From Utricularia gibba (Eukaryota; Plantae; Magnoliophyta), in the NCBI GenBank assembly GCA_002189035.1, contig NEEC01000414.1, positions 1-16,185 of the forward strand: a stretch of DNA of 16,185 bases. Reading direction: 5' to 3'. The notes under the pieces are model-generated. The model did not search any database. It was not told where the DNA came from and saw only the letters and a list, made by a program, of their open reading frames with translations. The position numbers and the translations under genes were made by a program. Positions 8,801-16,185 of this stretch are shown here, piece after piece. Positions within the stretch are counted from its first letter, which is position 1. Every line of letters begins with the position of its first letter.

Positions 8801-11800
8801 CCGCCTCCTCAAGTATAAAGTAAGTTGTTGAAAAAATCATGTGGGGTGCACGTGACATCTTACTTTAAACAAATGCATCATTATTTTCGTCGACTCGCAC
8901 CCGGTTGGGCTCATGAGCCGGACCGAACGCAGCGCCGGACCAAGTGCCCAGTGAGAGTGGCCGACACAAAAACGAGAAGTTGTTCCTTGAAAAACCTTGT
9001 AGGAAGCCCCTGAAAACCGAACGTTAATAAGTGCATCGCTTTAGTTGCCAGGCTACAACTAACTTTCGGCCCTAACCCAACCTGACCTTTGTCCCGTTCT
9101 AGGTGCCCCCAAGACCGCCTCCTCAAGTATAAAGTAAGTTGTTGAAAAAATCATGTGGGGTGCACGTGACATCTTACTTTAAACAAATGCATCATTATTT
9201 TCGTCGACTCGCACCCGGTTGGGCTCATGAGCCGGACCGAACGCAGCGCCGGACCAAGTGCCCAGTGAGAGTGGCCGACACAAAACGAGAAGTTGTTCCT
9301 TGAAAAACCTTGTAGGAAGCCCCTGAAAACCGAACGTTAATAAGTGCATCGCTTTAGTTGCCAGGCTACAACTAACTTTCGGCCCTAACCCAACCTGACT
9401 TTGTCCCTTCTAGGTGCCCCCCAAGACCGCCTCCTCAAGTATAAAGTAAGTTGTTGAAAAAATCATGTGGGGTGCACGTGACATCTTACTTTAAACAAAT
9501 GCATCATTATTTTCGTCGACTCGCACCCGGTTGGGCTCATGAGCCGGACCGAACGCAGCGCCGGACCAAGTGCCCAGTGAGAGTGGCCGACACAAAACGA
9601 GAAGTTGTTCCTTGAAAAACCTTGTAGGAAGCCCCTGAAAACCGAACGTTAATAAGTGCATCGCTTTAGTTGCCAGGCTACAACTAACTTTCGGCCCTAA
9701 CCCAACCTGACCTTTGTCCCGTTCTAGGTGCCCCCCAAGACCGCCTCCTCAAGTATAAAGTAAGTTGTTGAAAAAATCATGTGGGGTGCACGTGACATCT
9801 TACTTTAAACAAATGCATCATTATTTTCGTCGACTCGCACCCGGTTGGGCTCATGAGCCGGACCGAACGCAGCGCCGGACCAAGTGCCCAGTGAGAGTGG
9901 CCGACACAAAACGAGAAGTTGTTCCTTGAAAAACCTTGTAGGAAGCCCCTGAAAACCGAACGTTAATAAGTGCATCGCTTTAGTTGCCAGGCTACAACTA
10001 ACTTTCGGCCCTAACCCAACCTGACTTTGTCCCGTTCTAGGTGCCCCCCAAGACCGCCTCCTCAAGTATAAAGTAAGTTGTTGAAAAAATCATGTGGGGT
10101 GCACGTGACATCTTACTTTAAACAAATGCATCATTTTCGTCGACTCGACTCGTTGGGCTCATGAGCCGGACCGAACGCAGCGCCGGACCAAGTGCCCAGT
10201 GAGAGTGGCCGACACAAAACGAGAAGTTGTTCCTTGAAAAACCTTGTAGGAAGCCCCTGAAAACCGAACGTTAATAAGTGCATCGCTTTAGTTGCCAGGC
10301 TACAACTAACTTTCGGCCCTAACCCAACCTGACCTTTGTCCCGTTCTAGGTGCCCCCCAAGACCGCCTCCTCAAGTATAAAGTAAGTTGTTGAAAAAATC
10401 ATGTGGGGTGCACGTGACATCTTACTTTAAACAAATGCATCATTATTTTCGTCGACTCGCACCGGTTGGGCTCATGAGCCGGACCGAACGCAGCGCCGGA
10501 CCAAGTGCCCAGTGAGAGTGGCCGACACAAAACGAGAAGTTGTTCCTTGAAAAACCTTGTAGGAAGCCCCTGAAAACCGAACGTTAATAAGTGCATCGCT
10601 TTAGTTGCCAGGCTACAACTAACTTTCGGCCCTAACCCAACCTGACCTTTGTCCCGTTCTAGGTGCCCCCAAGACCGCCTCCTCAAGTATAAAGTAAGTT
10701 GTTGAAAAAATCATGTGGGTGCACGTGACATCTTACTTTAAACAAATGCATCATTATTTTCGTCGACTCGCACCCGGTTGGGCTCATGAGCCGGACCGAA
10801 CGCAGCGCCGGACCAAGTGCCCAGTGAGAGTGGCCGACACAAAACGAGAAGTTGTTCCTTGAAAAACCTTGTAGGAAGCCCCTGAAAACCGAACGTTAAT
10901 AAGTGCATCGCTTTAGTTGCCAGGCTACAACTAACTTTCGGCCCTAACCCAACCTGACCTTTGTCCCGTTCTAGGTGCCCCCCAAGACCGCCTCCTCAAG
11001 TATAAAGTAAGTTGTTGAAAAAATCATGTGGGGTGCACGTGACATCTTACTTTAAACAAATGCATCATTATTTTCGTCGACTCGCACCCGGTTGGGCTCA
11101 TGAGCCGGACCGAACGCAGCGCCGGACCAAGTGCCCAGTGAGAGTGGCCGACACAAAAACGAGAAGTTGTTCCTTGAAAAACCTTGTAGGAAGCCCCTGA
11201 AAACCGAACGTTAATAAGTGCATCGCTTTAGTTGCCAGGCTACAACTAACTTTCGGCCCTAACCCAACCTGACCTTTGTCCCGTTCTAGGTGCCCCCAAG
11301 ACCGCCTCCTCAAGTATAAAGTAAGTTGTTGAAAAAATCATGTGGGGTGCACGTGACATCTTACTTTAAACAAATGCATCATTATTTTCGTCGACTCGCA
11401 CCCGGTTGGGCTCATGAGCCGGACCGAACGCAGCGCCGGACCAAGTGCCCAGTGAGAGTGGCCGACACAAAACGAGAAGTTGTTCCTTGAAAAACCTTGT
11501 AGGAAGCCCCTGAAAACCGAACGTTAATAAGTGCATCGCTTTAGTTGCCAGGCTACAACTAACTTTCGGCCCTAACCCAACCTGACCTTTGTCCCGTTCT
11601 AGGTGCCCCCCAAGACCGCCTCCTCAAGTATAAAGTAAGTTGTTGAAAAAATCATGTGGGGTGCACGTGACATCTTACTTTAAACAAATGCATCATTATT
11701 TTCGTCGACTCGCACCCGGTTGGGCTCATGAGCCGGACCGAACGCAGCGCCGGACCAAGTGCCCAGTGAGAGTGGCCGACACAAAACGAGAAGTTGTTCC

Positions 11801-14800
11801 TTGAAAAACCTTGTAGGAAGCCCCTGAAAACCGAACGTTAATAAGTGCATCGCTTTAGTTGCCAGGCTACAACTAACTTTCGGCCCTAACCCAACCTGAC
11901 CTTTGTCCCGTTCTAGGTGCCCCCCAAGACCGCCTCCTCAAGTATAAAGTAAGTTGTTGAAAAAAATCATGTGGGGTGCACGTGACATCTTACTTTAAAC
12001 AAATGCATCATTATTTTCGTCGACTCGCACCCGGTTGGGCTCATGAGCCGGACCGAACGCAGCGCCGGACCAAGTGCCCAGTGAGAGTGGCCGACACAAA
12101 ACGAGAAGTTGTTCCTTGAAAAACCTTGTAGGAAGCCCCTGAAAACCGAACGTTAATAAGTGCATCGCTTTAGTTGCCAGGCTACAACTAACTTTCGGCC
12201 CTAACCCAACCTGACCTTTGTCCCCTTCTAGGTGCCCCCCAAGACCGCCTCCTCAAGTATAAAGTAAGTTGTTGAAAAAATCATGTGGGGTGCACGTGAC
12301 ATCTTACTTTAAACAAATGCATCATTATTTTCGTCGACTCGCACCCGGTTGGGCTCATGAGCCGGACCGAACGCAGCGCCGGACCAAGTGCCAGTGAGAG
12401 TGGCGACACAAAAACGAGAAGTTGTTCCTTGAAAAACCTTGTAGGAAGCCCCTGAAAACCGAACGTTAATAAGTGCATCGCTTTAGTTGCCAGGCTACAA
12501 CTAACTTTCGGCCCTAACCCAACCTGACCTTTGTCCCTTCTAGGTGCCCCCAAGACCGCCTCCTCAAGTATAAAGTAAGTTGTTGAAAAAATCATGTGGG
12601 GTGCACGTGACATCTTACTTTAAACAAATGCATCATTATTTTCGTCGACTCGCACCGGTTGGGCTCATGAGCCGGACCGAACGCAGCGCCGGACCAAGTG
12701 CCCAGTGAGAGTGGCCGACACAAAACGAGAAGTTGTTCCTTGAAAAACCTTGTAGGAAGCCCCTGAAAACCGAACGTTAATAAGTGCATCGCTTTAGTTG
12801 CCAGGCTACAACTAACTTTCGGCCCTAACCCAACCTGACCTTTGTCCCGTTCTAGGTGCCCCCCAAGACCGCCTCCTCAAGTATAAAGTAAGTTGTTGAA
12901 AAAATCATGTGGGGTGCACGTGACATCTTACTTTAAACAAATGCATCATTATTTTCGTCGACTCGCACCCGGTTGGGCTCATGAGCCGGACCGAACGCAG
13001 CGCCGGACCAAGTGCCCAGTGAGAGTGGCCGACACAAAACGAGAAGTTGTTCCTTGAAAAACCTTGTAGGAAGCCCCTGAAAACCGAACGTTAATAAGTG
13101 CATCGCTTTAGTTGCCAGGCTACAACTAACTTTCGGCCCTAACCCAACCTGACCTTTGTCCCGTTCTAGGTGCCCCCCAAGACCGCCTCCTCAAGTATAA
13201 AGTAAGTTGTTGAAAAAATCATGTGGGGTGCACGTGACATCTTACTTTAAACAAATGCATCATTATTTTCGTCGACTCGCACCCGGTTGGGCTCATGAGC
13301 CGGACCGAACGCAGCGCCGGACCAAGTGCCCAGTGAGAGTGGCCGACACAAAACGAGAAGTTGTTCCTTGAAAAACCTTGTAGGAAGCCCCTGAAAACCG
13401 AACGTTAATAAGTGCATCGCTTTAGTTGCCAGGCTACAACTAACTTTCGGCCCTAACCCAACCTGACCTTTGTCCCGTTCTAGGTGCCCCCAAGACCGCC
13501 TCCTCAAGTATAAAGTAAGTTGTTGAAAAAATCATGTGGGGTGCACGTGACATCTTACTTTAAACAAATGCATCATTATTTTCGTCGACTCGCACCCGGT
13601 TGGGCTCATGAGCCGGACCGAACGCAGCGCCGGACCAAGTGCCCAGTGAGAGTGGCCGACACAAAACGAGAAGTTGTTCCTTGAAAAACCTTGTAGGAAG
13701 CCCCTGAAAACCGAACGTTAATAAGTGCATCGCTTTAGTTGCCAGGCTACAACTAACTTTCGGCCCTAACCCAACCTGACCTTTGTCCCGTTCTAGGTGC
13801 CCCCAAGACCGCCTCCTCAAGTATAAAGTAAGTTGTTGAAAAAATCATGTGGGGTGCACGTGACATCTTACTTTAAACAAATGCATCATTATTTTCGTCG
13901 ACTCGCACCCGGTTGGGCTCATGAGCCGGACCGAACGCAGCGCCGGACCAAGTGCCCAGTGAGAGTGGCCGACACAAAACGAGAAGTTGTTCCTTGAAAA
14001 ACCTTGTAGGAAGCCCCTGAAAACCGAACGTTAATAAGTGCATCGCTTTAGTTGCCAGGCTACAACTAACTTTCGGCCCTAACCCAACCTGACCTTTGTC
14101 CCGTTCTAGGTGCCCCCCAAGACCGCCTCCTCAAGTATAAAGTAAGTTGTTGAAAAAATCATGTGGGGTGCACGTGACATCTTACTTTAAACAAATGCAT
14201 CATTATTTTCGTCGACTCGCACCCGGTTGGGCTCATGAGCCGGACCGAACGCAGCCCGGACCAAGTGCCCAGTGAGAGTGGCCGACACAAAACGAGAAGT
14301 TGTTCCTTGAAAAACCTTGTAGGAAGCCCCTGAAAACCGAACGTTAATAAGTGCATCGCTTTAGTTGCCAGGCTACAACTAACTTTCGGCCCTAACCCAA
14401 CCTGACCTTTGTCCCGTTCTAGGTGCCCCCCAAGACCGCCTCCTCAAGTATAAAGTAAGTTGTTGAAAAAATCATGTGGGGTGCACGTGACATCTTACTT
14501 TAAACAAATGCATCATTATTTTCGTCGACTCGCACCCGGTTGGGCTCATGAGCCGGACCGAACGCAGCGCCGGACCAAGTGCCCAGTGAGAGTGGCCGAC
14601 ACAAAACGAGAAGTTGTTCCTTGAAAAACCTTGTAGGAAGCCCCTGAAAACCGAACGTTAATAAGTGCATCGCTTTAGTTGCCAGGCTACAACTAACTTT
14701 CGGCCCTAACCCAACCTGACCTTTGTCCCCTTCTAGGTGCCCCCCAAGACCGCCTCCTCAAGTATAAAGTAAGTTGTTGAAAAAATCATGTGGGGTGCAC

Positions 14801-16185
14801 GTGACATCTTACTTTAAACAAATGCATCATTATTTTCGTCGACTCGCACCGGTTGGGCTCATGAGCCGGACCGAACGCAGCGCCGGACCAAGTGCCCAGT
14901 GAGAGTGGCCGACACAAAACGAGAAGTTGTTCCTTGAAAACCTTGTAGGAAGCCCCTGAAAACCGAACGTTAATAAGTGCATCGCTTTAGTTGCCAGGCT
15001 ACAACTAACTTTCGGCCCTAACCCAACCTGACCTTTGTCCCGTTCTAGGTGCCCCCCAAGACCGCCTCCTCAAGTATAAAGTAAGTTGTTGAAAAAATCA
15101 TGTGGGGTGCACGTGACATCTTACTTTAAACAAATGCATCATTATTTTCGTCGACTCGCACCCGGTTGGGCTCATGAGCCGGACCGAACGCAGCGCCGGA
15201 CCAAGTGCCCAGTGAGAGTGGCCGACACAAAACGAGAAGTTGTTCCTTGAAAAACCTTGTAGGAAGCCCCTGAAAACCGAACGTTAATAAGTGCATCGCT
15301 TTAGTTGCCAGGCTACAACTAACTTTCGGCCCTAACCCAACCTGACCTTTGTCCCGTTCTAGGTGCCCCCAAGACCGCCTCCTCAAGTATAAAGTAAGTT
15401 GTTGAAAAAATCATGTGGGGTGCACGTGACATCTTACTTTAAACAAATGCATCATTATTTTCGTCGACTCGCACCCGGTTGGGCTCATGAGCCGGACCGA
15501 ACGCAGCGCCGGACCAAGTGCCCAGTGAGAGTGGCCGACACAAAACGAGAAGTTGTTCCTTGAAAAACCTTGTAGGAAGCCCCTGAAAACCGAACGTTAA
15601 TAAGTGCATCGCTTTAGTTGCCAGGCTACAACTAACTTTCGGCCCTAACCCAACCTGACCTTTGTCCCGTTCTAGGTGCCCCCAAGACCGCCTCCTCAAG
15701 TATAAAGTAAGTTGTTGAAAAAATCATGTGGGGTGCACGTGACATCTTACTTTAAACAAATGCATCATTATTTTCGTCGACTCGCACCCGGTTGGGCTCA
15801 TGAGCCGGACCGAACGCAGCGCCGGACCAAGTGCCCAGTGAGAGTGGCCGACACAAAACGAGAAGTTGTTCCTTGAAAAACCTTGTAGGAAGCCCCTGAA
15901 AACCGAACGTTAATAAGTGCATCGCTTTAGTTGCCAGGCTACAACTAACTTTCGGCCCTAACCCAACCTGACCTTTGTCCCGTTCTAGGTGCCCCCCAAG
16001 ACCGCCTCCTCAAGTATAAAGTAAGTTGTTGAAAAAATCATGTGGGGTGCACGTGACATCTTACTTTAAACAAATGCATCATTATTTTCGTCGACTCGCA
16101 CCCGGTTGGGCTCATGAGCCGGACCGAACGCAGCGCCGGACCAAGTGCCCAGTGAGAGTGGCCGACACAAAACGAGAAGTTGTTC

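Larger units (their letters stand above)
1..16185. repeat. Tandem array of a 314-bp unit, ~52 near-identical head-to-tail copies (satellite DNA-like, or a concatemer of a 314-nt circle)
   Basis: Anchor TTGTAGGAAG recurs at 1, 314, 624, 937, 1249 ... 1873, 2187 ... 15883. I counted 52 occurrences of the TAGGTGC(n)AA motif. All copies have the same orientation and the array runs off both window edges. Confidence 0.99.

Noticed and set aside
8471-11313. Apparent 7-unit higher-order repeat (C5/C6+A5/C5 pattern in copies 28-30 and 35-37, giving duplicate ORFs 2187 bp apart)
   Set aside because: Other indels in those blocks are not shared (for example 8356, 10461, 10717) and the pattern is absent 7 copies earlier or later. 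Most likely coincident homopolymer errors.
230-15699. All ORFs in the supplied track (60-110 aa, both strands)
   Set aside because: They are the same few frames of the repeat, extended or fused by copy-specific 1-bp indels. N- and C-termini shuffle between copies and none resembles a protein family I recognise.
1-16185. CRISPR array
   Set aside because: No unique spacers; the whole 314-bp unit repeats.

Overview
The whole window (1-16185) is one uninterrupted head-to-tail tandem array of a 314-bp unit (~50% GC, 18 CpG). There are 51 complete units plus a last one 11 bp short, all on the same strand, with no flanking sequence. No protein gene, RNA gene, CRISPR array or mobile element is supported. 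The ORF track is noise: the same short frames open and close through 1-bp homopolymer indels. The strongest hidden structure is that each 314-bp unit is a diverged dimer (about 55-65% identity in aligned blocks) of a ~157-bp monomer. That is nucleosome-sized and points to a eukaryotic satellite-DNA family, which I cannot name. Copies are almost identical. Nearly all differences look like long-read homopolymer errors, so a rolling-circle concatemer of a 314-nt circle cannot be excluded from this sequence alone. Second-look items: two independent deletions (37 and 46 bp) of the same segment, a recurrent G loss in 6 of 52 copies, a complete acceptor/32-nt exon/donor splice-like module in every unit, a 24-bp near-palindrome, twin E-boxes one helical turn apart, and a telomere-variant G-rich tract. 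Unit-internal features are given in clean copy 7 (1873-2186) and recur about every 314 bp.
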